Assembly (NCBI GenBank): GCA_964652955.1
Contig: CAZZCF010000008.1
Coordinates: 753 to 64,752 of the forward strand
Length of the DNA stretch: 64,000 nt
Origin: an uncultured Leptospirales bacterium
GTDB taxonomy: Bacteria > Spirochaetota > UBA4802 > JAKQUI01
Direction of reading: 5' to 3'
Shown piece by piece: positions 29,282 to 39,817 of the stretch. A program made the position numbers and the translations under genes. The notes beneath the pieces were generated by a model, which saw only the letters and a list, made by a program, of their open reading frames with translations, ran no database searches and was not told the origin of the DNA. Positions within the stretch are counted from its first letter, which is position 1; each line of letters begins with the position of its first letter.

Positions 29282-31231
29282 ATGGCCGAAGAAAAAGCAA
29301 AACCAATTAGTGCCGATAAAGCGACCGTTGAAGCCTACGAACATGCGAAGAGTCTGGGCATAAACACGGTTTTCGACAGAAATGAGGATATGAAACCCTG
29401 TCCCATAGGTGCCGCGGGCAGTTGCTGCAAGAACTGCTCCATGGGACCGTGCCGCGTTCCCGCACCGAAGAAGGAAGGGGAAAAGCCAAAGGTTGGCATC
29501 TGCGGTGCGACGGCGGAGACCATAGCCGCCCGTAACTTTATCAGGATGATAGCCGGTGGCGCTGCCGCTCACTCCGATCACGGCAGGGGCGTTGCAGAAG
29601 TGTTCATTGCCGCGGCGAAAGGAGAGATACCCGGCTACGAGATCAAGGACGAACAGAAGCTCCTGGCCGTAGCGATGGATCTCGAGATCGATGTCGAGGG
29701 AAAGGATATCAAGGAGCTTGCTCTTGAGGTCGGCGAGAAAGCGCTGTCCGAATGGGGCAAACAGGAAGGGCAGGTTCTCTTTCTGAAGAAGGCGCCTCAG
29801 AAGAGACAGGAGGTCTGGAAAGCGGCAGGTGTCTGGCCTCGAGGCGTTGATAGAGAGATTGTTGAGATAATGCACCGAACGCACATCGGTGTTGATATGG
29901 ATTACAAGAGCCTGATGCAGCAGGGGACGCGAGCAGCACTCGGTGACGGCTGGGGCGGTTCCATGATGGCAACGGAGCTTCAGGATATCCTCTTCGGGAC
30001 ACCGGTACCGGTATACGGCGAAGCGAACCTCGGGGTGCTGAAAAAGGATGAGGTGAATCTCGTTGTTCACGGTCATGAGCCCCTCCTCTCCGAAATGATC
30101 GTTATTGCATCACGCGACCCGGAGATGCTGGATCTGGCGAAGTCGGTGGGAGCAAAGGGGATCAATATATCGGGCATCTGCTGTACCGCAAACGAGGTCC
30201 TGATGCGGCACGGTATTCCCATCGCCGGTAATTTCCTGCAGCAGGAGCTGGCCATCACCACCGGCGCTGTGGATGCGATGATTGTCGACGTACAGTGCAT
30301 CATGCAGTCGCTGCAGAACGTCGCTTCCTGCTTCCACACCAAGCTCATCACCACAAGCCCGAAAGCCCATATCACCGGTGCCGACCGGATTCTCTTCGAT
30401 GAGCATGACGCCCTGAACTCGGCGAAGAAGATTGTCAGGACAACCATTGAGAATTTCGCCAATCGAAAGGGTGAGATCATCATTCCCGATGAGAAGTCGC
30501 CGATGATAGCCGGGTTCAGCCATGAGACCATCAACTATCTCCTCGGCGGAACTTTCAGAGCCTCTTACCGACCGCTGAACGATAATATCATCAACGGGCG
30601 GATTCGGGGAATTGGCGGCGTCGTCGGTTGCAATAATGTCAGGACGACTCACGACAACGATCACCTGACCGTTATCAAGGAGCTCATCAAGAACGATGTT
30701 ATCGTTCTTACGACCGGCTGTAGCGCCATCGCGGCTGCCAAAGCGGGACTTATGACTCCTGAGGCTGCTGGTAAGTATGCCGGAGAGGGTCTCGCCGAGG
30801 TCTGTGAGACCGTGGGTATCCCACCGGTTCTTCACATGGGCTCATGCGTTGATAACAGCAGAATACTGATAGCAGCGGCCGCCGTGGTGAAGGATGGCGG
30901 TCTGGGTGAAGACATCAGCGATCTCCCGGCTGCTGGTTCTGCGCCTGAATGGATGAGCGAGAAGGCGATCTCCATCGGTCACTACTTTGTTTCCTCCGGT
31001 GTGTACACTGTTTTCGGGACGACCTTCCCGACAGGCAGCAAGGAATTCACCGAGTATCTGTTCAAGAACTTTGAAGAGACCTATGGTGGCATGTGGGATT
31101 TCGAACCGGATCCGGTTGAACATGCAAGGAAGATGATTGCCCATATCGACAGGAAGCGCAAGGAGCTCGGCATTGACAAGGCGAGGGAGCGTATTCTCTA
31201 CGATATGGAAATGAGAAGAGAGCTTGCTTAA
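29282..31231 (+). CDS. acsA: Anaerobic CO dehydrogenase catalytic subunit
   Basis: CPIG..GSCCKNCSMGPC, HSDHGR, HGHEP, ICCTANE, VDVQCI, GGVVGCNN, TTGCSA, HMGSCVDNSR, EWMSEKA. Confidence 0.96.
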   Translation: MAEEKAKPISADKATVEAYEHAKSLGINTVFDRNEDMKPCPIGAAGSCCKNCSMGPCRVPAPKKEGEKPKVGICGATAETIAARNFIRMIAGGAAAHSDHGRGVAEVFIAAAKGEIPGYEIKDEQKLLAVAMDLEIDVEGKDIKELALEVGEKALSEWGKQEGQVLFLKKAPQKRQEVWKAAGVWPRGVDREIVEIMHRTHIGVDMDYKSLMQQGTRAALGDGWGGSMMATELQDILFGTPVPVYGEANLGVLKKDEVNLVVHGHEPLLSEMIVIASRDPEMLDLAKSVGAKGINISGICCTANEVLMRHGIPIAGNFLQQELAITTGAVDAMIVDVQCIMQSLQNVASCFHTKLITTSPKAHITGADRILFDEHDALNSAKKIVRTTIENFANRKGEIIIPDEKSPMIAGFSHETINYLLGGTFRASYRPLNDNIINGRIRGIGGVVGCNNVRTTHDNDHLTVIKELIKNDVIVLTTGCSAIAAAKAGLMTPEAAGKYAGEGLAEVCETVGIPPVLHMGSCVDNSRILIAAAAVVKDGGLGEDISDLPAAGSAPEWMSEKAISIGHYFVSSGVYTVFGTTFPTGSKEFTEYLFKNFEETYGGMWDFEPDPVEHARKMIAHIDRKRKELGIDKARERILYDMEMRRELA

Positions 31232-31279
31232 TATACGAGCAGCGTTTTACAACAATAACCTTTCTACAGGAGGAGCAAA

Positions 31280-33484
31280 GTGTCTAAAATAATAGCTTCA
31301 GCAGCCATCAGAGGCGCTCACAAGATAGTAGAGAGAGCTGATAAGAAGATAAAAGAGGCCATAGATAAATTCGGCCCCAATCAGGAAGTGGCTTTCCCGA
31401 ACACGGGATACTATCTCCCTGTTATCTATGGCATTACCGGAGAGAAGGTCGAGAAGCTCGGTGATATGGAGGGGGTACTGAAGATAAGTAAAAATCTTCT
31501 CCCGCCCTTTGTCAAGGAGAAGCATCACCTCCCGTATCTCGGTCCGGTGCTCGATGCAGGTATGGCGACCTTCTTCGCCGAGGAGATGATAGAGGCGATA
31601 AAGTATATCGAAAACCCGAATATCTATGTTCAGGGTGAGGATCCCACGGATGATAATATCTGGCTCGGGGCGGCAGATGATGTTATTCTGAGAAAGAGAG
31701 GCGTCGAGTTCGTTGACGGAACGGCTCCCGGATTTGCCGCCATGCTCGGTGCGCCGGAGGATCCGGAAGTTGCCTCGAAGCTCGCCCTGGAGCTTCAGGA
31801 GAAGAACCTCTATGTCTTTATGGCATCCGATACGGATGGCAGAACCATGTCGGAACAGCTGGTTCAGCAGGGGGTGCAGATCGGGTGGCCAACACGACTG
31901 GTCTCCTTCGGCCCCGAAACCAGCTCCGCGATATTCGCTATCGGTTTCGCGACGCGGGCCGCCATGTCCTTCGGGGGAATTGAGGCGGGTGACTATAGAA
32001 GGATTCTCATCTATAACAAGGACAGAATTTTTGCGTTCGCCATAACTTTCGGTACTGTAAACGATGAGTGGTACGCAAACGGTGCGGGATGTATTAACTG
32101 GGGATTTCCCGTTATCACCGATTCGCCGACACCTCAGATTCTGCCGACCGGTATCTGTACCTACGAACATGTCGTGGCCAACATTCCATATAATGACATC
32201 GTCGCTAAGGCCATCGAGGTGCGGGGACTCAAGGTTACCGTATCCAAGGTTCCGGTACCCGTTTCATACGGCCCGGCTTTCGAGGGTGAGCGTGTTCGCG
32301 GTGACGATATCTATCTTGAAGCCGGCGGCGGCAGAACGCATGCGGTTGAGCTGGTTACCTCTGCTGATATGGACAAGGTGACCGATGGCAAGATTGAGGT
32401 CGTCGGACCGGATGTGACGGATGTCGAGCCTGGAAGCCAGCTTCCCCTCGCTATCTATGTCGAGGTTGCCGGTCGTGAAATGCAGGACGACTTTGAGCCG
32501 ATTCTCGAGCGGCAGATACACCATCTCATCAACTATGCTCAGGGGACGATGCATATCGGTCAGCGCGATATTGCATGGCTTCGTGTCAGTAAACAGGCGG
32601 TCGAGAAGGGATTCAAGCTCTCCAACCTCGGTGATATTCTGCATGCGAAATTCCATCAGGATTTCGGCACCATCTTCGACAAGGTGCAGATAACCATTTA
32701 CACCGAAGAGGACAAGGTCAATGAGATTCTCGAAAAGGCCAGGGGAATATATAAGCAAAGGGATGATAGAATTGCGGGCATGACCGATGAAGACACCGAT
32801 CCCTTCTACTCCTGTACGCTGTGCCAGTCCTTTGCGCCGAATCACGTCTGTATTGTAACCCCTGAGCGGACCGGTCTCTGTGGAGCCTATAACTGGCTTG
32901 ACTGCAAGGCGTCGTTTGAGATAAATCCTACCGGTCCGAATCAGCCGGTTCCCAAGGGTGATGTTATTGATGCCAAATTCGGACAGTGGAAAGGAACCAA
33001 TGAGTTTGTTGCCAAGGCGTCACGCGGCAATGTTACGATCGTTGATGCATACAGCATTATGAGAAACCCGATGACCTCATGCGGGTGCTTCGAATGTATC
33101 GCTGCGGTGCTTCCCAGCTGCAACGGTATCATGACCGTCGACCGGGATACATCTGTTATGACCCCCTGCGGGATGAAGTTCACCACCCTGGCGGGGACCG
33201 TTGGAGGTGGGAATGTCACGCCGGGATTTGTCGGGCACAGTAAGTACTATATTACGAGTAAAAAATTCATATTAGCCGAAGGTGGGCTGAAGCGAATGGT
33301 ATGGATGCCGAAATCTCTTAAAGAGGAGATAAAGGAGAGATTTCTTACGCGGGCTGAAGAGCTCGGTATTCCCGATCTTCTCGATCGAATTGCCGATGAA
33401 ACGGTTGCGACTACCGAGGAGGAGGTGCTGGCGTACATTACCGAGAAGAAGCATCCTGCGCTGGAGATGGAGTCTATCATTTAA
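31280..33484 (+). CDS. acsB: Acetyl-CoA synthase (bacterial type, with N-terminal domain)
   Basis: FPNTGYYLP, PAFEGERVR, YSCTLCQSFAPNHVC..PER.GLCGA, MTSCGCFEC A-cluster ligands; GTG start after AGGAG. Confidence 0.97.
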   Translation: MSKIIASAAIRGAHKIVERADKKIKEAIDKFGPNQEVAFPNTGYYLPVIYGITGEKVEKLGDMEGVLKISKNLLPPFVKEKHHLPYLGPVLDAGMATFFAEEMIEAIKYIENPNIYVQGEDPTDDNIWLGAADDVILRKRGVEFVDGTAPGFAAMLGAPEDPEVASKLALELQEKNLYVFMASDTDGRTMSEQLVQQGVQIGWPTRLVSFGPETSSAIFAIGFATRAAMSFGGIEAGDYRRILIYNKDRIFAFAITFGTVNDEWYANGAGCINWGFPVITDSPTPQILPTGICTYEHVVANIPYNDIVAKAIEVRGLKVTVSKVPVPVSYGPAFEGERVRGDDIYLEAGGGRTHAVELVTSADMDKVTDGKIEVVGPDVTDVEPGSQLPLAIYVEVAGREMQDDFEPILERQIHHLINYAQGTMHIGQRDIAWLRVSKQAVEKGFKLSNLGDILHAKFHQDFGTIFDKVQITIYTEEDKVNEILEKARGIYKQRDDRIAGMTDEDTDPFYSCTLCQSFAPNHVCIVTPERTGLCGAYNWLDCKASFEINPTGPNQPVPKGDVIDAKFGQWKGTNEFVAKASRGNVTIVDAYSIMRNPMTSCGCFECIAAVLPSCNGIMTVDRDTSVMTPCGMKFTTLAGTVGGGNVTPGFVGHSKYYITSKKFILAEGGLKRMVWMPKSLKEEIKERFLTRAEELGIPDLLDRIADETVATTEEEVLAYITEKKHPALEMESII

Positions 33485-33499
33485 GCGATACCGTATTCC

Positions 33500-33526
33500 T
33501 CCCGGCCCCGCAGAGCGGGGCCGGGA
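33500..33526. repeat. GC-rich 12-bp hairpin between acsB and acsC
   Basis: tcccggccccgc-aga-gcggggccggga; no U-tract. Confidence 0.8.
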
Positions 33527-33595
33527 ATCTACCAAGCGGAGAGAGATTATTTGCATTAATGGTTCACAGAAATAAGACATAAAGGAGAAATCGAG

Positions 33596-34933
33596 ATGGC
33601 GCTAACAGGAATACAGATTTATAAGTTGTTGCCACAGACTAACTGTGGTGATTGCGGTGTGCCCACCTGTCTCGCCTTTGCGATGAAACTCGCAGCAGGC
33701 CAGGCGGAGCTGAGCGCATGCCCGCATGTTTCGGAAGAGGCGAAGGAGCAACTCGGTGCTGCATCGGCACCTCCGGTGCTGCCGGTCACCATCGGGAAGA
33801 ATTTCAAGACCGGCGGTGAAACAGTGCTCTTCAGGCACGAAAAGACCTTTGTCAGTCCAACCGGTGTCGCGGTTCTCGTATCGGATAAAATGGATGATGC
33901 CGAAGTTGATAGAAAATTGAAGAATTTTAAAGAACTTCAATTCGAGCGGGTGGGAGTGATTCTGAAGTCGGATCTCATTGCGGTGAAGTCGGAAACCGGT
34001 GATGCGGCTGCTTTCGAAAAGCTGGTTGCTAAGGTAAAGGGTGCTGTTGAAGCAGGCATCATTTTAATGAGTGACAAGCCTGAGGTTCTTGAGGCCGGTG
34101 CGAAGCTTCTGGAAGGGGAAAAACCTCTCCTCTATGCTGCAACAAAGGATACGGTCGAGGCGGTTGGAAATATCGCCAAAGAGCAGAAGTGTCCCGTTGC
34201 GGTAAAGGGTGACGGCCTGGAAGATGTTATTGCGCTCACCGAGAAGCTCACGGAGATGGGGATCAAGGAGATCGTTATCGATACCGGTTCACGGAAGCTT
34301 AAAAAGGCATTTGAGGAACAGGTCATAATCAGGCGAGCTGCAATCAAGAATACCTTCAGACCGCTCGGATTCCCGACCATAACCTTCCCCTGCGAGATGA
34401 CGGACAATTTCCTGGAGGAAACCCTCATCGCATCGACCTTCATTGCGAAGTACAGCGGTATTGTGGTGCTTTCTGATCTTGCAGGCCACAGCCTCTTCCC
34501 GCTGCTGGTTGAGCGGATGAACATATTCACCGATCCGCAGCGGCCAATGGCCACCGAGGAGGGTATCTACGAGATTAACAATCCGGATGAGAATTCTCCG
34601 GTTCTTGTCACGACCAATTTCTCACTGACCTATTTTATTGTCATGGGTGAGATAGAGGCGAGCAGGGTTCCCACCTGGCTGCTGGTTATGGATACCGAGG
34701 GGCTTTCGGTCTTAACCGCCTGGGCAGCCGGTAAATTTGTTGCCGATGCTATCGCTCCCTTTGTGAAGAAGTGCGGAATTGCAGATAAGGTTAAGAATAA
34801 AACACTGGTGATTCCCGGGTATTCTGCAACGATAAGCGGAGAGCTCGAAGAGGAGCTTCCCGATTGGACTATTACCATTGGCCCGCGTGAGGCGGCGCAC
34901 ATTCCGGCGTTCCTGAAAGAGCAAAAAGCTTAG
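33596..34933 (+). CDS. acsC: Corrinoid Fe-S protein large subunit
   Basis: LPQTNCGDCGVPTCLAFAMKLA...CP, ETVLFRHEKTF, FTDPQRPM, TTNFSLTYF, SVLTAWAAGKF. Confidence 0.96.
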   Translation: MALTGIQIYKLLPQTNCGDCGVPTCLAFAMKLAAGQAELSACPHVSEEAKEQLGAASAPPVLPVTIGKNFKTGGETVLFRHEKTFVSPTGVAVLVSDKMDDAEVDRKLKNFKELQFERVGVILKSDLIAVKSETGDAAAFEKLVAKVKGAVEAGIILMSDKPEVLEAGAKLLEGEKPLLYAATKDTVEAVGNIAKEQKCPVAVKGDGLEDVIALTEKLTEMGIKEIVIDTGSRKLKKAFEEQVIIRRAAIKNTFRPLGFPTITFPCEMTDNFLEETLIASTFIAKYSGIVVLSDLAGHSLFPLLVERMNIFTDPQRPMATEEGIYEINNPDENSPVLVTTNFSLTYFIVMGEIEASRVPTWLLVMDTEGLSVLTAWAAGKFVADAIAPFVKKCGIADKVKNKTLVIPGYSATISGELEEELPDWTITIGPREAAHIPAFLKEQKA

Positions 34934-34954
34934 AACAGAATAGAGGTAAGAATA

Positions 34955-35842
34955 ATGGGAAAATTTATTCGAATCGGTGAAAATCTGAATGTTATGTCAA
35001 AGGTTCTCGGTCCGGCGATGAAGGAGCGAAACGCCGGCCCTATTCAGGAGATGGCAAAGCGTGAAGCTGAAAAGGGAGTTGATTATATTGATGTGAACAT
35101 AGGGCCTGCCAGAAAGGCAGGGGATGAGATGATGGAATGGCTTGTGAACACCATTCAGGAAGTAACGGATATTCCCCTTGCTCTTGATACAACAAATCTT
35201 GTCGCGATGGAAGCCGGCTTGAAGGCCAGTAAGGGTGGTGCTCTGATTAACTCAGTTTCGCTTCAGACCTCGCGGCTGATTCCCGGGCTAGAGCTGGCAG
35301 CAAAGTACAATGCGGACGTTATAGCCCTCCTGTGGAGCGATGATGGAATGCCACGCGATGCAAATGAGCGCGCGATGCACATTGTCGACTTCATGCACAA
35401 AGCGACTGAGATCGGTGTTCCCACCGAAAAGCTCTGGGTTGATCCCATTGTCACACCCGTATCCGTTGAGGTCAATCAGGTGAAGGCCTGTATTGAGTTT
35501 ATGGGCATGCTCAAGGATATTGCGCCTGAAGCAAAGTCCACATGCGGCCTGTCCAATGTATCGAATGGTGTTCCCGATGAGCTCAGGCACTGGTTGAATA
35601 TAACCTACCTCATCATGCTGATGAAGAATGGGCTCCATTCGGCCATTATCGATTCATTCGATGATGAGCTTACGTCCTTTGTGAGCGGCGAACGGGATGA
35701 CATTGTCAATCTCGTTCACCGGGTGATGGACGGCGAGAAGATTGATATGGGCTCCCTCAGTGATGAAGAGGTCAAGTTCGTTAAAACAGTGCGTGTCTTG
35801 ACGGGTGAGTCGCTGTTTTCAGATTCCTGGCTCGATATTTAA
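34955..35842 (+). CDS. acsE: Methyl-THF:corrinoid Fe-S protein methyltransferase
   Basis: IGENLN, IDVNIGP, LDTTN..AMEAGL, INS, DPIV.P, CGLSNVSNG pterin-binding barrel motifs. Confidence 0.92.
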   Translation: MGKFIRIGENLNVMSKVLGPAMKERNAGPIQEMAKREAEKGVDYIDVNIGPARKAGDEMMEWLVNTIQEVTDIPLALDTTNLVAMEAGLKASKGGALINSVSLQTSRLIPGLELAAKYNADVIALLWSDDGMPRDANERAMHIVDFMHKATEIGVPTEKLWVDPIVTPVSVEVNQVKACIEFMGMLKDIAPEAKSTCGLSNVSNGVPDELRHWLNITYLIMLMKNGLHSAIIDSFDDELTSFVSGERDDIVNLVHRVMDGEKIDMGSLSDEEVKFVKTVRVLTGESLFSDSWLDI

Positions 35843-35926
35843 GTATTCAGCAAAACCGGGAGACAGCATCCCGGCTCCCGGTAGGAAAGTTCTGTGCTTG
35901 AGAGAAGCGAAAGTTGAAGTTGAAAA

Positions 35927-36604
35927 ATGGTTGATACACAGGCGAATTCTGAAGGAGCCTCATCGATTAAGCCGGGAGGGCAGAAAAGTACTTACGAATC
36001 AGCTTATACGGAGGCTGTTGCAAAGCTTTCAGAACGCACTGTCGAAGCGATAGCAGAGAAGAGCGGTTCGCGGATCGGCGAGAAGGATGGCATCACCTTC
36101 ATCACGGTTCCTTTTTTAGATGATGAAATCGATATATTCTTTCCCGATATATCCTTTCGCTATCAACGAAGGGATGATACGGTGCCGCTGTGGCTTCAGG
36201 TACTCGTTCTTCACTATCTCCTTGCTGCGACGGGTGTAACGGAGACGGGCGTTCAGATAACCTTCAAACAGCTTAAAGGGGGAATGGCGTATTATCCGGT
36301 TTTTCAGAAGAGGGCCATTACCCCCCTTATTAACACCTTCGGCGAGCATCTCGAGGATTTCATTACATTCGGCGTTATGATAGGGGGCACCAGGGCTGAG
36401 CACGGGGACTATGCGCTCACCTTCAGGGCATTTCCCTACGTTGCGGTAACCTTTGTTATCTGGGAGGGGGATGAAGATTTTCCACCTGCCGGGAATGTTA
36501 TTTTTGATTCGTCGGTTGAACAGTATCTTACCTCGGATGATGTCGCCATGCTCTGTACCATGCTTGCTGTGATGATTATAAAGAAGAAGTTTGAGAGAGA
36601 ATGA
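35927..36604 (+). CDS. DUF3786 domain protein
   Basis: LVLHYLL.A, ITFKQL.GG..Y...FQKRA..PL, FP.VAVTFVIWEGDEDFP.AGN.IFD; typical neighbour of acs genes. Confidence 0.85.
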   Translation: MVDTQANSEGASSIKPGGQKSTYESAYTEAVAKLSERTVEAIAEKSGSRIGEKDGITFITVPFLDDEIDIFFPDISFRYQRRDDTVPLWLQVLVLHYLLAATGVTETGVQITFKQLKGGMAYYPVFQKRAITPLINTFGEHLEDFITFGVMIGGTRAEHGDYALTFRAFPYVAVTFVIWEGDEDFPPAGNVIFDSSVEQYLTSDDVAMLCTMLAVMIIKKKFERE

Positions 36605-37362
36605 TGAAACTGGCAATTACCGGAAAAGGGGGTGTCGGAAAGACAACCCTGGCCGCGCTCCTCGTGCAGCATCTTGCCGAAGAGGGGAAGCGGGTTATTG
36701 CAATTGATGCCGATCCGGATGCCAATCTCGGTCTGGCGCTGGGATTGTCGGGCACGAAGGACATCGTGCCCATTGCGGAGATGGAATCACTGATTTCAGA
36801 GCGAACGGGATCCAAGCCGGGCGTCTATGGGACCTATTTTAAATTGAATCCGAAGGTTGACGATCTCCCGGAAAAACTCTGGCTCGAGAAGGGAAACATC
36901 CGGCTGATGGTCATGGGTGGTGTCAAGAAGGGAGGCAGCGGATGTGCCTGTCCAGAAAATACCCTTCTGAAAACGCTCATTTCCCATCTGATTTTCTTTC
37001 GCGATGATGTTGTGGTTATGGATATGGAAGCGGGTATTGAGCACCTCGGAAGGGGAACCGCTTCTGCGATGGACATGTTCATCGTGGTTGTTGAGCCGGG
37101 GAAGCGGAGCATAGAGACTGCTGAGCGAATACAGGTTCTCGCACGGGATATCGGATTGCAGAATATCGTCGTGGTGGGGAATAAGATTCGGGGACCGAAT
37201 GATGAGGAGGTGATACGGCAGAGCCTCACCGGGATGGAAGTTATCGGATTTCTCCCCTACGATGAAGCGCTTGTTGAGGCTGATCTCAAAGGAGATCCTG
37301 CGCCTGTGGCTTACTCGGAGACGGTCAGAGTGATACTGGAACGCATTCGTGATGTATCGTAA
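36601..37362 (+). CDS. cooC: Second CooC-type ATPase
   Basis: MKLAITGKGGVGKTT, DADPDANL, FKLNPKVDD.P, GGSGCACPEN, DMEAGIEHLGRGTA. Confidence 0.93.
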   Translation: MMKLAITGKGGVGKTTLAALLVQHLAEEGKRVIAIDADPDANLGLALGLSGTKDIVPIAEMESLISERTGSKPGVYGTYFKLNPKVDDLPEKLWLEKGNIRLMVMGGVKKGGSGCACPENTLLKTLISHLIFFRDDVVVMDMEAGIEHLGRGTASAMDMFIVVVEPGKRSIETAERIQVLARDIGLQNIVVVGNKIRGPNDEEVIRQSLTGMEVIGFLPYDEALVEADLKGDPAPVAYSETVRVILERIRDVS

Positions 37363-37459
37363 AGGTATAGTAAAGGGAAGAGAGAATTCTTTTCCGAGGC
37401 GGTTGTTGACAGCGCGAGAGCGAAGCGAGTGGGTAACTTGAGTTGAGGAGGAAAGGGGC

Positions 37460-38146
37460 ATGTACGAATTTGTCCGCGGACCATTGATGTGGATTTCTTT
37501 TATCATTTTTATCGTGGGGCTGAGCTATCAGCTCTACCGGCTCATAACCCTGACGCGCAGTAAGGATATCGTTCGAATCGGTGATGATGAGGAGCCCCCT
37601 CCCCGCATTTCAAAACTCATCTGGAAACGCCTTGTCAGGAAAATAAAAGACTGGTCGGTGATGAGGAAGGGAACCATTCTGGGCACCCAGCCGCTCCTCG
37701 CACTCCTGACCACTGTTTTTCACATCTGCCTTATCATCACTCCGCTTTTTCTCGTGGCGCATAATGTTCTCCTCTTTGAATCATGGCATTGCAGCCTCCC
37801 CAGTTTTGCGGAGCGAACAACCGATATTTTAACCGTTATTGTTCTTCTCGGTGCGTCGATATTTCTTATCCGCCGTTTATTCGTGCCTCGTGTCAGGGCG
37901 ATATCCTCGCTGTACGATTATCTTCTTCTCCTTATCACCCTGGCGCCATTTATCACCGGTTATATGGCCTATCACCAGATGATGGATTATGAGACCATTA
38001 TTATCGCTCATATACTTGCGGGCGAGATAATGCTTGTGGCAATCGGGGTGACAAAACTCAGTCATATGATATTTTACTTTTTCGTGCGGTTTTTTATTGG
38101 AAGTGAATACAGTTTCCGGGGTGGAAACAGAACATGGCAATACTAG
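37460..38146 (+). CDS. NarI-like diheme cytochrome b membrane subunit (TmcC/HmcE-like)
   Basis: MYEFVRGPLMWISFIIF start, about five TM segments, and four His in TM context (VFHIC, VAHNV, IAHIL, LSHMI). Confidence 0.85.
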   Translation: MYEFVRGPLMWISFIIFIVGLSYQLYRLITLTRSKDIVRIGDDEEPPPRISKLIWKRLVRKIKDWSVMRKGTILGTQPLLALLTTVFHICLIITPLFLVAHNVLLFESWHCSLPSFAERTTDILTVIVLLGASIFLIRRLFVPRVRAISSLYDYLLLLITLAPFITGYMAYHQMMDYETIIIAHILAGEIMLVAIGVTKLSHMIFYFFVRFFIGSEYSFRGGNRTWQY

Positions 38147-38580
38147 TGAAGGGAGCAAAAGAGATGGAAGCAGTACATGACGCTGATGAGCGGCCGGTTG
38201 ATACCGAAACCATCAGGAAAATGCTCAAGCAGAAGAAGAGGATGAAATTGTTTCTCTCCATCTGTGCTTCCTGCGGGTTTTGTGCCGATAGCTGTTTTCT
38301 ATATCGAAATCATCAGGATCCCAAGTACATGCCTTCGTATAAGGCGATTAACTCATTGGGCAAGCTCTTCAAAAAACGGGGAAAGGTGGATCGAAAGACT
38401 CTCGAGGAGATGAGTGAGCTCATCTATGGGCGCTGTGTGATGTGCCGCCGCTGTTATTGCCCGCTGGGTATCGATATTTCGAGTATGATTTCATGGGCCC
38501 GAACCATCTGTCGTACGCAGGGGGTCTACGAACGGTATGATGAGGATGCGATGGGGTATGGGAAAGAGATTGGGGCATGA
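38134..38580 (+). CDS. Short 2x[4Fe-4S] protein: TmcB/HmcF/DsrK-like N-terminal domain without CCG domains
   Basis: CASCGFCADSC...PSYK and CVMCRRCYCPLGIDI; only 148 aa, and the next gene starts 13 nt after the stop. Confidence 0.82.
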   Translation: MAILVKGAKEMEAVHDADERPVDTETIRKMLKQKKRMKLFLSICASCGFCADSCFLYRNHQDPKYMPSYKAINSLGKLFKKRGKVDRKTLEEMSELIYGRCVMCRRCYCPLGIDISSMISWARTICRTQGVYERYDEDAMGYGKEIGA

Positions 38581-38593
38581 AGGGGTATCAAGG

Positions 38594-39001
38594 ATGAAAC
38601 GTTTCGGTATGGGAGTATGTATCATTGCTGTTTTCGGTATCGTATCGCTGCTCGTGGCGCAGCCTGATAGTATCGTTATCAATAACGTTGAGGTTTATGG
38701 GACGAAGAATCGTCCGGCGGTAGCCTTCCCCCATTTATTGCACATGGAGAGCATCGCCTGTACCGACTGTCATCACTGGTATGCGGCGAACGGAAAAAAT
38801 ATGCTCGATGAGAGCAAGCTGGAAGAGGGGAAACCTGGCATCAAGTGTCGCGACTGTCACTGGAAGCAGGGAAGACGAGAGGTTCGATATTCTCTCATGG
38901 AGGCATATCATCTGCAGTGCATGGGGTGTCACGGCAGGATGAAGAGGGACGGCAAGAAAACAGGACCGCGGCTCTGCGGCGAATGCCACCCCTGGAAGTA
39001 A
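38594..39001 (+). CDS. Periplasmic tetraheme class III cytochrome c (TmcA/type II c3-like)
   Basis: Signal peptide, VAFPHLLH, and four CxxCH motifs (CTDCH, CRDCH, CMGCH, CGECH) with GPR before the last. Confidence 0.9.
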   Translation: MKRFGMGVCIIAVFGIVSLLVAQPDSIVINNVEVYGTKNRPAVAFPHLLHMESIACTDCHHWYAANGKNMLDESKLEEGKPGIKCRDCHWKQGRREVRYSLMEAYHLQCMGCHGRMKRDGKKTGPRLCGECHPWK

Positions 39002-39026
39002 TGTTGATACAGTATGGGAGGCGTAC

Positions 39027-39701
39027 ATGGTAATAGCTGATTGCAAACCGATTGAAGAGATCAAGGATATGATCAAGGATTATAAGCGGGTGCTGAACGT
39101 CGGTTGTGCGGGATGCACAGCTGTCTGTCTCGTTGGCGGCCAGAAAGAGGTCGACATCTTAAATGCGAAGCTTATAAAATCATTCAAGGAAGATTCCAAA
39201 TCGATACAGATCGATGGGTACACCGTTGAACGGCAGTGTGAGATGGAGTTCATTGCCGAACTGGATGAGATGAAGGATCAGTACGATGCGATAATCTCTA
39301 TGGCATGTGGTGCGGGCGTTCAATTTGTCGCCGAACGGTACCCCGATAAGCCGGTATACCCCGCTCTCAATACCACCTTCATCGGTGTCAACAGGGATGT
39401 GGGGTGGTATGAGGAGAAGTGCCGATCCTGTGGTGATTGTCAGCTCGCCTATACCGGCGGCATCTGTCCGGTGACGCGGTGCGCGAAAGGCCTTTTCAAC
39501 GGGCCCTGCGGCGGTACGCAGGCCGGCGGAAAGTGCGAGGTTGATAAAAACGTTCCCTGTGCCTGGTATGAAATCTGCGAGCGGTTAAAGGCTCAGGGAA
39601 GGCTGGATAATATTACGAAGATACGGGTTCCGATGAACTGGAAGAATCAGGTTCAGGGAACTCTTGTCCTTGAAGCGTACAAGGACCGATACACGACCTA
39701 G
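39027..39701 (+). CDS. metV: Methylene-THF reductase small subunit
   Basis: GCAGC...C..GG, ERQCE, ACGAGVQ, EKCRSCGDC.L..TGGICPVTRCAKGLFNGPCGG, CEV....PCAW. Confidence 0.92.
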   Translation: MVIADCKPIEEIKDMIKDYKRVLNVGCAGCTAVCLVGGQKEVDILNAKLIKSFKEDSKSIQIDGYTVERQCEMEFIAELDEMKDQYDAIISMACGAGVQFVAERYPDKPVYPALNTTFIGVNRDVGWYEEKCRSCGDCQLAYTGGICPVTRCAKGLFNGPCGGTQAGGKCEVDKNVPCAWYEICERLKAQGRLDNITKIRVPMNWKNQVQGTLVLEAYKDRYTT

Positions 39702-39817
39702 AATGATGGAGCTTGATGCTGATGCAGACCTTTTCCTGTCATCGAACGACATCTGCCGCAGCGGAGAAGGTGTGTAGGATGCAGTGTTAAACTTTCAGAG
39801 AAGAAGGGCATATCAAT

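Noticed and set aside
26149-37362. Two cooC paralogues as a novelty
   Set aside because: Paired CooC/AcsF ATPases are normal in CODH/ACS clusters.
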